From Hemiscyllium ocellatum (Eukaryota), in NCBI RefSeq assembly GCF_020745735.1, contig NC_083417.1:15748001-15812000 (forward strand): a stretch of DNA of 64,000 nt, given 5' to 3'. The notes beneath the pieces are model-generated. The model was not told the DNA's origin, ran no database searches, and saw nothing but the letters and a program-made list of their open reading frames with translations. How positions within the stretch are numbered: position 1 is the stretch's first letter; each line of letters begins with the position of its first letter. Below are positions 35,035 through 49,269 of the stretch, piece by piece. The position numbers were made by a program, and so were the translations under genes.

Positions 35035-38000
35035 TCTGTGAATGACACACAGCTGGTTGGAGCAGTGAGCTGTAAGGAGGATGCAGAGATGTTGCAGTTT
35101 GGTTCAGACAGGATGATGCATTGTGGGCAAATGCATGGCAGATGCAGTATAATGTCAATAAATGTGAGGGTTATCCACTTTGGTAGTGAAAATAGGAAGG
35201 CAGATTATTATTTGAACAGCTATAAATTGAGAGAGCGAAATGTTCAACGAGACCTGGGTGTCCTCATGCCCCAAGTTAAAGTGCAAAGGATAGCAGAGAT
35301 GATCCTCGATAGGATTGAGAGAGGCAGGGTAGTTGTCATGGGGGACTTCAACTATCCAAATATTTTCTGGGATCACTCCAGTACGAGCACTATAGATGGG
35401 TCAGTTTTGTCCAGTGTGATCAGGAGGGCTTCCTGACACAGTATCAGACAGCCGATAAGGGGCGAAGCTACTTTAGATTTAGTACTGGGTAATGAGCCTG
35501 GCCAGGTGTTAGATTTGGAAGTAGGTGAGCACTTTGGAGACAGCGATCACAATTCTGTCAGGTTTACTTTAGTGATGGGAAGGGATAGGTGTACTCCACC
35601 GAACAAGAGTTACAGCTGGGGGAAGGGAAATTACGATGCAATTAGGAAGGATTTGGGAAGCGTAGAATGGGGAAGGAAACTGCAGGGGATGAGCACATTA
35701 AAAATGTGGAACTTATTCAAGGAAAAGCTCCCGTGTGTCCTAGATAAGTATATACCTGTCAGGCAAGGAGGAAGATATAGAACGCAGAGCCGTGGTTTAC
35801 TAAGGAAGTGGAATCCTCGGTCAAGAAGAAGAAGAAGGCTTATGTTAGGACAAAATGTGAAAACTCAGTTAGGGTGTTTGAGGGTTACAAGGAAGTCAGG
35901 AAAGACCTAAAAAGAGAACTCAGAAGAGCCAGGAGGGGACATGAGAAGTTGTTGGCAGATAGGATCAGGGTTAACCCTAAGGCTTTCCATAGGTATGTCA
36001 GGAATAAAAGAATGATGAGAGTTAAATTAGGGCCAATCAAGGACAATAGTGGGAAGTTGTGTGTGGAGTCAGAGGAGATAGGGGAAGCACTAAATAAATA
36101 TTTTTTCGACAGTGTTTACTATAGAAAATGAAAATGTTGGAGCGGAAGATACAGAGATACTTGCATCTAGACTAGAAGAGATTAAGGTTCACAAGGAAGA
36201 GGTATTAGAGTGTGAAAATAGACAAGAGCCCTGGGCCGGATGGGATCTATCTTAGGATCCTCTGGGAAGCAAGGGAAGAGATTGCTGAGCCTTTGGCATT
36301 GATCTTCAAATCATCATTGTCTACAGGAATAGTGCCTGAGGACTGGAGGATAGTAAATGTGGTTCCCTTGTTCAAAAAGGGTAGTAGAGACAACCCTGGT
36401 AATTACAGACCAGTGAGTCTCACTTCAGTTGTTGGTAAAGTGTTGGAAAAGTTTATAAGAGAGAGGATTTATATCCATCTAGAAAAGAATAATCTGATCA
36501 GGGACAGTCAGCACGGTTTTGTGAAGGGTAGGTCGTGCCTAACGAATCTTATTCAGCTTTTTGACAAAGTAACCAAATAGGTAGATGAGACCAAACCGGT
36601 TGATGAGGTGTATATGGATTTCAGCAAGGTGTTCGATAAGGTTCCCCACAGTAGGCTATTATACAAAATGCGGAGGAATGGGATTGTGGGAGACATAGCA
36701 GTTCGGATCAGTAATTGGCTTGATGAACATGTTCATCTTGGTGTCCATTTACTAGCGGCGTACCACAAGGGTCGGTGTTGGGTCCACTGCTGTTTGTCAT
36801 TTTTATAAATGACCTGGATGAGGGCTTTAGAAGGGTGGGTTAGTAAAGTTGTGGACAACACTAAGGTGGGTGGAGTTGTGGATAGTGACGAAGAATGTAG
36901 TAGGTTGCAGAGAGATATAGATAGAATGCAGAGCTGGGCTGAGAGGTGGCAAATGGAGTTTAATGTGGACAAGTATGAGGTGATACACTTTGGCTGGAGT
37001 AATCGGAATGCAATGTACTGGGCTAATGGTAGGATTCTTGGGAGTGCAGATGAGCACAGAGATCTCGGTGTCCATGTACACAGATCCCTGAAAGTTGCCA
37101 CCCAGATTGACAGGGTTGTTAAGCAGGCATACAGTGTTTTGGCCTTTATTAATAGAGGGATTGAGTTCCAGAACCAGGAGGTTATGCTGCATCTGTACAA
37201 AGCTCCGGTACGGCCACACTTGGAGTATTGTGTACAGTTCTGGTCACCGCATTATAAGAAGGATGTGGAAGCTTTGGAAAGGGTGCAGAGGAGATTTACT
37301 AGGATGTTGCCTGGTATGGAAGGAATGTCTTATGAGGAAAGGCTGAGGGCCTTGAGGCTAGAGAGAAGAAGGTTGAGAGGTGACTTAATAGAGACATACA
37401 AGATAATCAGAGGGTTAGATAGGGTAGACAGGGAGAACCTTTTTCCAAGTATGGGGACGGCAAACACGAGGGGACACAACTTTAAAGTGAAGGGAGATAG
37501 GTATAAGACAGATGTCAGAGGTAGTTTCTTTACTCAGAGAGTAGTAAGGGTATGGAATGCTTTGCCTGCATCGGTAGTAGATTTGCCAAGTTTAAGTGCA
37601 TTTAAGTCGCCATTGGACAGGCATATGGACGTACATGGAATAGTGTAGGTGGGATGGGCTTCAGATTAGTATGACAGGGCGGTGTATCATCGAGGGCCGA
37701 AGGGCCTGTACTGTGCTGTAATGTTCTAGGTTCTAATTGCAGCAGGCGGTGAAAAAGTGAAAGGTTTTGAGTACAGAATAAAGGATATCTTATTGTAATT
37801 ATACAGGACATTGGTGGAGCCACACCTGAAATATTGTGTGCAGTTCTGACCTCCACATCTGAGAAGAGATGTTCTGACCATCGAGGGAGAACAGCGAAGG
37901 TTTAACAACTTGAATCCTGAGATAGTAGGACTGATGCATGAGGAGGGATTATGTGAGTTAGATTTTAGTCAGTTGAGTTTGAAAGACTGAGGGGCAGATA

Positions 38001-38345
38001 TCATAAAAACTTCTAACAGGACTAGACAGGTTATTCACAGAAAGGATGTTAGTGATGCTAGTAGAGTCCAGAACCAGTTTAAGGATAAGGGGTAAACTTT
38101 TAAGAATGAAGTGAGAAATTTCTTCACCCAGAAAATGGTGAGGCTAGAGAATTCATTACCACAAAAAATGGTTAAAGCTGAAACATCATGTGTTTTCAAG
38201 AAGGAGATAAATATAGTTCTTGTGGCTAAAGGGATCAAGGGATATGCGGGTGATCACGCAGGGTTAGGATATGAGTTTGATAATTGGCCATTATCATAAT
38301 GAATGGGGAAGCAAGCCTATACCTGCTCTGTGTTTCTGTGAATGC
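35035..38345 (+). mobile_element. Older CR1 3' portion (35035-35275 and 37736-38345) split by a younger CR1
   Basis: gacacacagctggttggagcagtgagctgtaaggagg... continuing gcagcaggcggtgaaaaag...FFTQKMVRLENSLP. Confidence 0.78.
35280..37735 (+). mobile_element. CR1 LINE ORF2 (APE C-terminal part, RT, 3' UTR), frameshifted
   Basis: GDFNYP, GEHFGDSDHNS, KSPGPDGIY, NYRPVSLTS, DFSKVFDKVPH, LEYCVQFWSPH, FFTQRVV; tail tgttctaggttcta. Confidence 0.95.
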
Positions 38346-38897
38346 ATAAGTTTAAACTTAGCAAGTAATGCTGGTGAACTGTGAGAGGGGAATAAGAATG
38401 TGTCAGATAAAGCTAGACAATATTTCAGCTCAGAAATTCCTGAAGAACTCTTGTCCTGAAACATGGGCCTATTTTCTCTTCAAGAGGCCAACTGAAGTGC
38501 TCAGCATTTCCAACATTTGTTATTTTAATTTCAACTCGCAGATTACCTCTTCAGCTCGAATCCCATGCCTGCCTGACTGAGCGTAGGGAGCCAGCAATTT
38601 CTGAGGTACAGTGAAGAGGAAAAGGGGACTTAGGTACTTGGTCTCAATTTGAACCAAAGAGGTGGATGGAGTCAGGGATCAGGATAGAGGGTTTCTGCAA
38701 TAGAATGAAGACTTGCAAGGACAGGAAAGGGTTAGGAAGATATGGACAAAGTGCAGGATGGACATTTTGGTTGGCATGGACCAGTTTAGGTAAAAGGGTC
38801 TGCCTCCAGCTGTAGGACTCTATGACTCTATGACTTGCCTTTGTGCTGGTCTTCTGCAGGAAATTACAGCCAAGTAAGAATGGCTATCAGTCAATGG

Positions 38898-39118
38898 TTA
38901 GTATGACAGGGTGGCGCAACATCGAGGGCCGAAAGGCCTGTACTGTCTTGTAGTGTTCTATGTTCTAATTGCAGTAGGCAGTAAAAAAGGTAAACTCTCC
39001 TTCAAAGTGAGAGGTTTCGAATATAGAATAAAGGATGTCTTATTGTAATTATACAGGACATTGGTGGAGCCACACCTGAAATATTGCGTGCAGAAGAGAT
39101 GTTCTAGCCATAGAGGGA
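38898..39118 (+). repeat. Dispersed duplicate of 37666-37888
   Basis: Colinear across the young-CR1-tail/old-CR1 junction. Confidence 0.88.
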
Positions 39119-39934
39119 AATGTGGGGAAAAGATTGGAGAGAGATAGTCTTTGGCCAACATATCCTTTCCATTATGAAGCTCAGCAACTGCCCCTTGGCT
39201 AACTATGTGTACAGACACTCACTGGATCATGGATGATGCTTGCTCACAGCACAATCCTGCATGTGAAACCTTTCAACAACAGGGAGGTAGTTGTACTCCA
39301 TTTACCATATGATTTTGGCTGACTGGGAATCTCTCCCATATGTACTGCCTGTCATAAGTGTATTAGGAATGTTTACTGGATGATAATCAATGCACTTGGC
39401 CATGTTTTGAAATGCTATCTATGACCATCAAGACCTGAGGTGTCACTGAGGGGGAGGTGGTTTGTTGGAAGTGGCGACATCCAGACAGCCAACTGGAACA
39501 TTCCACATGGCATTGATGGAGAAGTTTCAATTGATCCTGTAAGGGGCCTATTCTAATGCCCATCTCATCATCCCTCACAACCCATCCCCACCTCCCCCAG
39601 CCAAAGCCAACCTTTACAAAAGTTGTCTGGAGCCCAAAGCCTGGTAATAAACCAGCCCACCTGCTTCCTGTGCCCTCTTTTCATCCAGACAAACTTCATC
39701 AAAATTATTCCAGTTGTTTCTTGCCTGTCCACTTTCATAGACTTAAGCTCATCCAAAACTGTGCTATCTCCATCCTTTACCTTAAATTCCAAATCTGGGA
39801 TGTCCCATTTAACACAGATGTGAAGAGGAAATTCTTCCCTCAAAAGGTGATTAACAATCTTCTTCCACAGAGAGCAATGGAGGCCAGACCGCTTAATCCA
39901 ATCAAGGTTAAGGTGGATAAATTTATGATTGACA

Positions 39935-40819
39935 TGTATGATGCAAGGTATATATCATCCATTTTTTTAATATCATTTATTTTGGATTTTTGAATTTTGA
40001 ACCAGTGGAACTGGGGATTTGTGTGTCAGAGGTTTAATAATTAACTTGCAAGTATTTCTGTAGCCATGGTGATTTATTTTAAAATATAGAGACTTCTTCA
40101 AGAATAATGGGATTTGTTTACAACAGGAGAATTTACAATGTATTAAGCTTTCAGGTGAAAGATTCTGGATTTTTGTTGGGGGCAAGCTCAAAGGAAGTAC
40201 ACATCCTTTGGGTAAATCTTTTTCCTTCCAGTTCAGGGCAGTTTGCAGAATTCTTAGCTGAACCTAGATTTGTAAAACAGTTTCTCCTGAGAAAAAAAGG
40301 TAGTTGTGGAATTGTTAAGAGAGGCAGTCACCTCAGTGTAAGGAGTTTAGTGTAAATGTTCCAGACCAGAAGTGTTTGGCTAAAACCCTGAAGATGTTAT
40401 TAGAAACTGAGAAAGTATAGGCTCAACCATCTGAAGGCTCCAGGAAAAGAATACCCAATTCCAAGAAAGGGAATTGGATTCATATTTAAACTGAGCTCTC
40501 TTTTTATGAAAAAGAAAGTAAGTCTCTCTGATATGAAAATTAGAAAGGAGTGTTGTTGAGTTTAATGAGATTCTATTTTACTGTATGTTCTAAAGTTTTT
40601 CATGTGTTGTTAAATATATAAAAAGTTTACTTTATTGTATTTTATCCTTTTTTTGCATAATAAACTTCCTTGTCTCTTAAAACCAATTCTACAGTGTTGC
40701 ATTTTGTGTTTCACCAAAGGATCATCTCATTAAAAACAAAAATAAAATATGGTTCATCAAGCCATATTGCTGTCTAGAATCTGTTGCATCCAGTAATAAA
40801 ATCAGCTGGAATCGTAACA
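39935..40819 (+). mobile_element. Probable solo LTR-like element; 3' end tandemly duplicated to ~40951
   Basis: TGT...TAACA ends, AATAAA near 40659, interrupts a CR1 3' end; related decayed copy at ~45660-46055; no clear TSD. Confidence 0.5.
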
Positions 40820-42254
40820 CAAATGTGTTCAAGATTAGTGAAGGATAACCTGATTAAAAACAAAAATAAAATATGGTTCATTAAGCTAGATTTCATTCTA
40901 GGATCTGACATGACCATCAGCTGGAATGGTTACATAAGAGTGTTCAAGATTTTAGGGATAGATAGGCATTTGCTGAAAATGTGTTTCTGGAAAACCGCAG
41001 CAGGTCATTTTTTGGTACTTACTGTCTTTAATTTCTGATATGGCTAGGAAGAACTGTTTGTTTAGTGTATGGATTATTCTGTGGATTTAGAACAGTAGAG
41101 GTCCTGTGCAGGTCTGTGAGAATGTTGTCCTGAGCTGGGGTAGGGCTAATTGCAGGGAATGTAGGCATTTCCAAATCATTCAATTCCACATATCACTGCC
41201 TGGTTGTGTTGAACTATTGACTGACACTTACAGCAATAAAAAGGATTCTATTCTTAATGAAATGATTGCAAGATAATTATGTATAAGAAAGGCCATTAAA
41301 CTCGGCTTCTCTCCATTATGCTACAATAAACCATAGTCTTAGCATTACAACATCCAATTGGTATTTAAATGAATCCAAGAATATCTCCTGTACTCTTTCA
41401 TCTGTCTTTGTATTAACTACTATTTGTGTCATGAAGAATTTGCTTTAGTTAGTCTTAGACTTGTCCCTTAATTAAAGCTGTATTTCATAACATTGGTTTT
41501 AAAAAGTAGTTTTCATTGTTTCGTTATTACTGTTAACTATCATTATCCGGCTGTCTTGTCCGAGCAATGCTGAAGTCCTCTGTGAATGCTGTAGTCACAA
41601 CAAATACAAAATTATCTCCATCCATGAATGAGGTTTCTCATTCTCAATGCAACAATGTAACAGTCCCAAAAACAGTCCTATAATTAAAAAAACTTGCTTA
41701 ATTCCTGCAAGCTAAGCCAATCAGCATTTGCAAGTTTTGCTTTTTAACCTGTGTGCTTTTAGTTTGCTGAAGCAAATCTGGTTTGGTAAATTTTACATTT
41801 GAGTTTACAAATAGCTATATGTTATGAGATATAAACATATAACCATGCAACAAAGATGTGGAAACGATATGTCACTGTGGGAGTGCTTAATCTATGAGCA
41901 GACACCCAAAGGAGTTAATGGAAGAAGTTAGTATTGATTCAGTCAAATGAAAGTTGGAAAAATTTCTTTCAGTAAGAAACATTTTGTGATAAACTATATG
42001 TGTAATATGAAACGTGACATGTTCTGGGAAAGAAAAACATGACTTTAGATCTATAGTTCCCAAGCCTCTCCATCAATAGAGTTTTCTCATGTCAGTTTCA
42101 GTTTTGTTGTAGACTGATAGCATTTGATTGCAATGTTTGGACAGCAATTCCATTATTGTAGTGTCATTGACTACTGGGATTGTGAAATGTTACCTGAATA
42201 ATACAAGGAGGGAAACACTTGTGTTAGAGACAGTTACAAAGGGCTCACTATCGG

Positions 42255-43040
42255 CTGATTCCTGAGGAAAGGAAGTTGCTAACAAGGAAAGGTTGACTAG
42301 GTTGGATCTGTATCATTGCAGTTTGACAAACTAAGGTATGATCTTATTGAAATAACCCTTGACAGGATAGATACTGACAGGATGTTTCCCCTCACAGGAA
42401 AATCTCGAACTAGGAGGTGCTGTTTCAAAGTAAGGGGTATCTTTTAAATGGAGACGAAGGGAGATCACTTCTCTCAGAAAATCTTTAGGAATTCTCTTCC
42501 ACTGAGAGTATTTGTGGCTGGGCCATTAAATTTATTCAAGGCTAAACTAGACAATTTTTGTTAAGATTATGGGAATATACAGGAAAGTGGAGATTAGGCC
42601 ATAAACAGATCGGCCATGGTCTTATTGACTAACAGAGTGGGCCAAATGGCTTACTGGAGCTCCGAATTCCTACATTTGTTACAGAGTCATACACATTGAG
42701 AGCAGTCTTCAGTCTAACCTGTCCATGCCAACTGTAATCCCAAACTAAACTAGTCCACCCTACTTGCGTTTGGCCCATATCCTTCCAAACCTTTTCCATT
42801 CATATACTTGTCCCAATGTCTTTTAAACGTTATAACTGTACCTGCATCCATCACTTCCTCTGGCAGTTCCTTCCACATGAAGTTGCCCCTTATGTCCTTT
42901 TTAAATCTTTCTCCTCTCACCTTAAAAATATGCCCCTAGTTTTGAAATCCCCCACCCCAGAGAAAAGACCTTTATCATTCATCTTATCTATGCCTGTCTT
43001 GACCTTATAAACCTCTATAAGGTCACCATTTAATCTCCTA
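42255..43040. mobile_element. Two CR1 3' ends tail-to-tail (plus 42255-42680, minus 42683-43040)
   Basis: CR1 ORF2 C-terminal and 3' UTR motifs on opposite strands. Confidence 0.75.
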
Positions 43041-43637
43041 GCTTTTATGGACTTCAGTGACTTTGTCGAGAAATTCTATATTCCGAAGAAGGCCTTGTGT
43101 TTTTGTCAGATTTTACTCAGTTATGTACAAGTCAATGATACCCTAGCACAATTAACACATCTCTAGGAGAAAGATGTAGTCAGTTATGTTGAATGACAGC
43201 ACAAAAAATATTAATGAGGAAAATTAACTAAATCATTGAAACATTGTCCTTCAAATTAGATCTTTCCTCAGATTATGTTGCAACATACATTCTTCATAAA
43301 ATTCCACATTTTTGATGTTTTATAAATCATATTGAATCTAGAACACAGATACAGCCATTCTGCCCGAGTTTATCCTGCCATACCTCTTCATCCAACCTTC
43401 CCAGCATCCTTCTAGTCTTTTCTCCCTTTCATATTTAATGAGCTTCCTGATTTATGCTAATATTGTATTACTAACAACATGGATTGTGCTACTTCCATGG
43501 ACTCAGTTCTGTATTGTTCCACCTTCATCGATTCTGCCCCTATCCTTGGTGTTGGCTGTCTGTAATGCACTCTTGCTTTCATCAGCTAAACTGCTCATAA
43601 TCTGAGTGTGCTATATCTGGTTTCACTTTTAACTCAG

Positions 43638-44170
43638 AGTGGCACAATATCTCAGTGATTAGCACTGCTGCTTCACTCCACTGTCTGTGTAGAGTTTGCA
43701 CATTCTTAGAATGCTTGAGTGTTTGAACTGAGGACCCCATTACATTTCCTGGACAGTTAACAACTAGCCTCATTAGTGTGGGTTTTGAGTCCCACCTAGG
43801 CCAGACCTAATGAAGATAGCAAATTCCTTTGCCTCAGGGGGATTAATTAACCAAACGGACCTCTCCCCTAACAATCAGCATCAGCTTCATACTCGTCATA
43901 AGATTCTTTGTTCCAGATTTCTAAAATATCTGTGTGGGTTTCTTTTGGGAGCTCTGGTTTCCTCCCACAGTCCAAAGATGTGCTGGTTAGGTGTATTGGC
44001 CATGCTAAATTGCCCATAATGTCCAGGAATATGCAGGTGAGGTGGATTAGCCATCGGAAATACTGGATTACAGGGATGAGGTGGGTCTGGGTGGGATGCT
44101 CTTCAGAGGATTGGTGTGTATTGGATAGTCAGAATGGCCTCCTTCCACCTATACAGATTCTCTGATCCTC
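43638..44170 (+). mobile_element. HE1-type V-SINE, interrupted at ~43716-43930
   Basis: ctcagtgattagcactgctgcttcac...gagtttgcacattct | tctgtgtgggtttc...ggtttcctcccacagtccaaagatgtg. Confidence 0.75.
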
Positions 44171-45159
44171 TAAGAGTAACTGTTGTCAGATACACAGTAA
44201 GTTCTGTAAATGCTTTACTCATATACTCATCAGAAGAGTGCTGTTGACAGCACCCCAGTACAATTCTTCTGTTCTGAATCTTGATAGAGTTGCATTATTG
44301 CATATATCATCAATAGTAACATATTACCATTAACATATACTCGCCTTTAAATATTTCATGTCATATGTCTTGACCATTCTGAGAATTTTCAGTGACAGCT
44401 GAGGCTCAGAGGATGTCCAGATTGTTATAATATGTACATGTTATAATATTACAACATGGACTTTTAACTTTGTAATAGTGACTATCCTTCAAAACCTACA
44501 GAAATGGCTGCGTCCAATTATCATAACAAAGGTCAAATGAGTGCCCAATTTGTTTTTCTCTCTCCTTCACTCTCACTCTTTGTCTTTTTCATTCTTTCTC
44601 TCTTTCATTTTCTCACTTTCTCTCTTTCTCTTGCTTGCTTTCTTTTGGATTTCTCCCAACTTTTTGGTCAGCACCTCATCCTGTTTCCTGCTCAGTCCTA
44701 TTTTATGGTCCAGATGTCCTTGGCACATCTCCCATGTGTCTGCTCTTCATTTGAACCATGACATAAATGCCAGTAGGCCATGCAACGGTGGGCAAGGTCA
44801 TTGCTGGGATTAATACTGTCACTGCCTACTATCCACAGAATTCTGCTTGGCTGGAGACATCACTAGAAAAACAGTGTTGGCATACCTTGTCCCAGTCAAT
44901 CTAATGATGCAAGTTTCAATCCAATTTCCTGACGAGAGCAATAAATTCCAGTAGAGGCTATTGGTCAAACGCGGAGTGTTCCTGGTCTCCAACTTCACAT
45001 CCTCGACAGATTTGTAAATAGGATTAATAGGAAATGCCCACAAATGCAACAACAACAAAAAAAATCACTTGTCTTGTCTTTGCATCTCATCTCCAACAGT
45101 GTAGCACATCTCAGCACTGCAGTGTCCATTAGATTATTTGCTCAAAGCTTTTAAGAAGG

Positions 45160-45510
45160 TAGAACATAGAGCAATACAGCACAGGAACAAGCCCTGTCTA
45201 TTCGCATCATGATGCCATCTGAACTAATCTACCTGCACGTGGTCTGTAACCCTCTATTCTCTGCCTGTTCACTTGTCTGTCTAAAGGCCTCTTAAACTTT
45301 GTATTGTATCTGCTTCTTCCACTTCCCCATCTGCACGTTCCAGGCACATACCATCCTCTGTGTAAAAAACTTCTCTCGCACATCTCCTTTAAACTTTTCA
45401 TCTCTCACCTTTAGTCTACGCCCCCTGGTGTTTGACATTTCCACTGTGGAAAAGAGACTCTAAATATCCATCCTATCCATTCCTCTCATAGTGTTGTATA
45501 CTGCCATCAG
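45160..45510 (-). mobile_element. CR1 3' end
   Basis: Reverse: agttttttacacagaggatggtatgtgcctggaac; ctatgttcta tail. Confidence 0.8.
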
Positions 45511-46779
45511 GAATACAAGATGCTCCCCTTACCTGACAGAAATGTGTTGTGTACCCTTTCCAAAGTCAGTGTATCTTGCCTGAGATTCAGTGCCTAACTG
45601 AATCAATTGTGGTCTGGCCAAGAAATACCACTCTCTCATTATTCAATCAAACTCCCTTGTGAAAAAGCCAACATTCTATGCTTTGAGAATAATCAAGAAA
45701 AGAGAACTATTGAGCTCTCAAGATCAGGAATTGAAAGGAATGGTTGAGTCAAATCTAAAGATGTGACAGAAAAAGGAACTCTCTGATAGTTGAGGACTGT
45801 GAAGTGATGATGTTGGGAATAGATGGGATTTTGTTTTGAAATCTTTCAAATTGTGTTATATGCAAGTAGTTTGGTTTGTCCTACTATATCTTCATTTCTT
45901 TTGTGAATTAAACTTCTGCTTTATTGTTAAAATCAAATCTGCAGGCTGTTGTGCTTATGTTTCAGTGAGAGATGACCAAGTGAGTTGAACAAATAAATCT
46001 GGTGTACTGAGGTAGATGTCAGTTTGGGAAGCGACTTGTCCGGTAGTAACATCAACTAGAACTTTACTAAGGTATTAATAGGATAGCTCTGCAGCTTGTC
46101 TCTGAAATTACACAATGGGATCTTTCCCAAACAAATAGATGGAATTGGGATTACTAGGCCAGAGACACTACCATGATACCAACATCTCTCTCTGGATAAT
46201 TGGACAACCCATTGCTTTGAACTCTGCTGCTCATCTCTGAAGTAATACAATGGGATCTTTCCCAGGCAAGTAGATGGGGCTTCATTTTAATTTTCACTTC
46301 AAAGCCAACACTTCATACAGTGCTTCCTCATACTGGAGGAGTCAGCCTGGATCTTTGTGCTGAAACCCTAGAGCAGGAATAGAATTTACAACCTTGTGGC
46401 TCAGAAACAAGAGCCAAGTTATTGAGTGCCAGGCATTTTAGGCTTCCAAGTGTCTGTGGAGTAAACAAATCGTTGTGGTAGCCCAGGATTTGGTGCTTTT
46501 GTATTGACTATGTCTCACAGTGTTAACCCTTATCTCAAGAGCAAAGTAATTTGGGGATCACTGTCCTGTGTTTAAAAATGGTAAAGCACTAAAAAACAAA
46601 GTGCCTATCAAGATATCACTTTGGAAGAGCACATACATGTAGGGGCCATCTGTTTGTACTCTTAAGAGGTGTTTCTTTGAGTAGTACATTCTGAAAACTA
46701 TGTTAGCGTGTGTTTATAGTACAACTGATCAAGTCTTGTAGTTGAAGTACTTCTAAATATTTGAAATACTTCTGAATGA

Positions 46780-47130
46780 ATGAAGCACTTATAATTGCTG
46801 TTGAAGTGCTTTTGAATGGTAATCACTGTTGTAACATCAGAAATAAACTGTGAAGTCATGCATAGCAAGCTGCAACAAACAGTAATATGATATTGATGAA
46901 ATCATCTGTAGCTTTAATGCTGTCTGAGGGAGAGATAATGAGTGAGACACTAAGGAAAAATCCCTTGCTTTTTCATTGAATAATTCCATGGGATCTTTTA
47001 CTCCCAACTGGGAGGACAGCCTTGGTTTAACATCTCATCTCTAGCCCTCCCCAGGTACTGCATTGAAGTGTCCATCTAGATTATGTGTTAAAGCTTTTCA
47101 ATTCACAATTCTCAGATTCTGAAACAAGAT
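46780..47130 (-). mobile_element. Deu-domain SINE
   Basis: ccatgggatcttttac...ggtttaacatctcatct...ctagattatgtg. Confidence 0.55.
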
Positions 47131-47444
47131 GATCATTTTCAAAGGTCATTTTGTAAAGTGTAGTCATCAGGCCGAAGTGGATGGCTTCAGTCAAGTCAAC
47201 GTTCTCAAATAAAATGTGGCTGTAAAAGCAGCTTCAGAGTCTGGAAACATGCCCATGGAAGCAGAAAGCTAAACCCCACAAGATGCTTTCATTTCCTGCC
47301 ACTGGGGAACAAGCACCAGAAATCTCAAGTGGCTCCCACCGATGATCCTTGACATGGGACTCTGGTCGAAACTGAGTTGAGCTCTCCCTTGTGCCGGCAG
47401 TCTGATTTTCCCAGCAATGGTCTGTCCAACAGTACAGAGAGAGA

Positions 47445-47725
47445 TGTTGGTATAGTGGTAGTATCTGGCCTACTAATCCCAATGTCTGGGTTAATGCGTG
47501 AGGTCATGGGTTCAAATCCCAGCACAGCTGCTACTGGAGTTTACTTCAATGAATTAACAAGTCTGGAATTGGTGCAACTCCCAGATCATCTCCTCTACCC
47601 TGAAGCTCTTCAACTATGTCCTGAAATGGACTTGAAAACTGTTAATCATTGTAAAAACCCATCTGGTTCACTAATGTTTTTCAGCGAAGGAAATCTGATG
47701 ACCACACGACTCCAGACCAACAGCA
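47445..47725 (+). mobile_element. tRNA-derived SINE (family of 12303-12865), tail missing
   Basis: A box tagtggta, B box gggttcaaatccc, tgtaaaaacccatctggttcactaatg. Confidence 0.75.
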
Positions 47726-49269
47726 CAAGTGGTTTTCTCCACTAGCAGGATGCTGCCGTTAGGCCATTGTGGAGGCAGGATTAATTGAGGTATTCAAAGG
47801 AAATTGTCTGAAGAAAAAACAACAACAGAGGACTGTGGGGAAGCATTTCTAGCTCAATTCCTCTTGGAGAGTGCACTGGCAGGGACATGACTTACTGATT
47901 GACACCCTTCTGTGCTGTGATGCTGTTGTTTAATTCTGATACTTTAGATTACAAAGGATGGAACGATTGTAACTCCCCACAGCTGCATATAACACAGCAT
48001 CACAGGCTCAGCATAAATTTTGGGAGCACTGGTTAATTGTTAACTGCTCTTTTAATTGATCTAATAGCCAATTTTAATAAGCCATTCGTTTAAGGGATGT
48101 TAGACATCAGGTAAAATGCTGATCTTGTCAGCAACATTTACACTCAATCAAAAAATAAAGGGCAACACAGGGATGGTCATCACTGTGACATGAGGGGTGT
48201 CCAATTTTGCTGTGAATCCATGGAAAATGGGATATGAGGGAGGACAAAGTGTGCAAACAAATGGGCCTTCATTAGTTAGCCTTGAGGTAAGAATGCAGCA
48301 AGTGCAATACTGATAGACTGATTGTGGCAGTGAGGATTATAAGACCGGGAGAAAAAGCCAAGCTGAGGGGCTGTTGCTAATTAACCAGCTTTATATAGCC
48401 ACTTGTACCTTGCTGTTTTTGCAAGGTGATTTTATGCATGGGCTTGAAATCTGTAGAACTTTTATACTGTCGCCTTATTAATATTCCATTAACATGAATA
48501 GTTTCAATGCATTTCAATAAACAAATAAGAACCTGATTTATTTTAAAAACATAATTTATGCCCATATGAATTATTCACAAACCTTTAATGGAGATGCTTG
48601 TGGTTTATATTGAGTTTACTAGACAATCTTTCTACATTGTTGCTTTATTCATAAGGTGGTGTGTTTCTTTCTATTTCATGCAAAGGCTGGAGAAGACATC
48701 TGCCCTCAATGTGACCAGGGTTGGAGATGTTCAGTTACGAAGAGAAATTGGAAAAGTTAAGGTTGTTTTGCTCCCACCAGTTTGGGTTCAGCAGATTAGA
48801 TGACCACTCAGGACACTCCTGCAAGATCGCTGCTGAGCTTGTGAACTCCACTTTGCATACACACTGCCATCTTTGTCCTTGGCCTACAGTGTTCCAACAA
48901 ATACAATGCAAACCCAAGCCTACAACTGAGCACTTTACAATATTCTGGACTCATTGTTGAACACAACAATTTCTGTCAATAATCTGTGCATTTACAGTGA
49001 ATAATACAGTAACATACGGAGAAAGGCTTCTACTTTTTTCCACAATCCAGCACCATTTTGAACAGTTTAAGAATAGAAAGAGTAAAACGGTATAACTGAA
49101 AGAGAGTCATTTATTACTCATTTCTGTCATCAAAGGACGTGAATCAAGAGGTTGAACAATAGGTGAAGCAACCTGCTTCAAGCTGCCTCTGTTCAGTAAC
49201 CCCACAAATGGTTCTCTCCACTAACAGTATGCTGCCATTAAGCCAAACACTTTGCAGAGGCAGGTTTAG

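Noticed and set aside
38425-38520. Additional hammerhead (cctgaagaactcttgtcctgaaacat)
   Set aside because: Probably a very old related repeat, but stem II and the cleavage site are too decayed to call.
46085-46280. ~60-bp doublet (ctctg..gct..tctctgaa..acaatgggatctttccc)
   Set aside because: Lies in Deu-SINE-like sequence; cannot distinguish local duplication from two SINE fragments.
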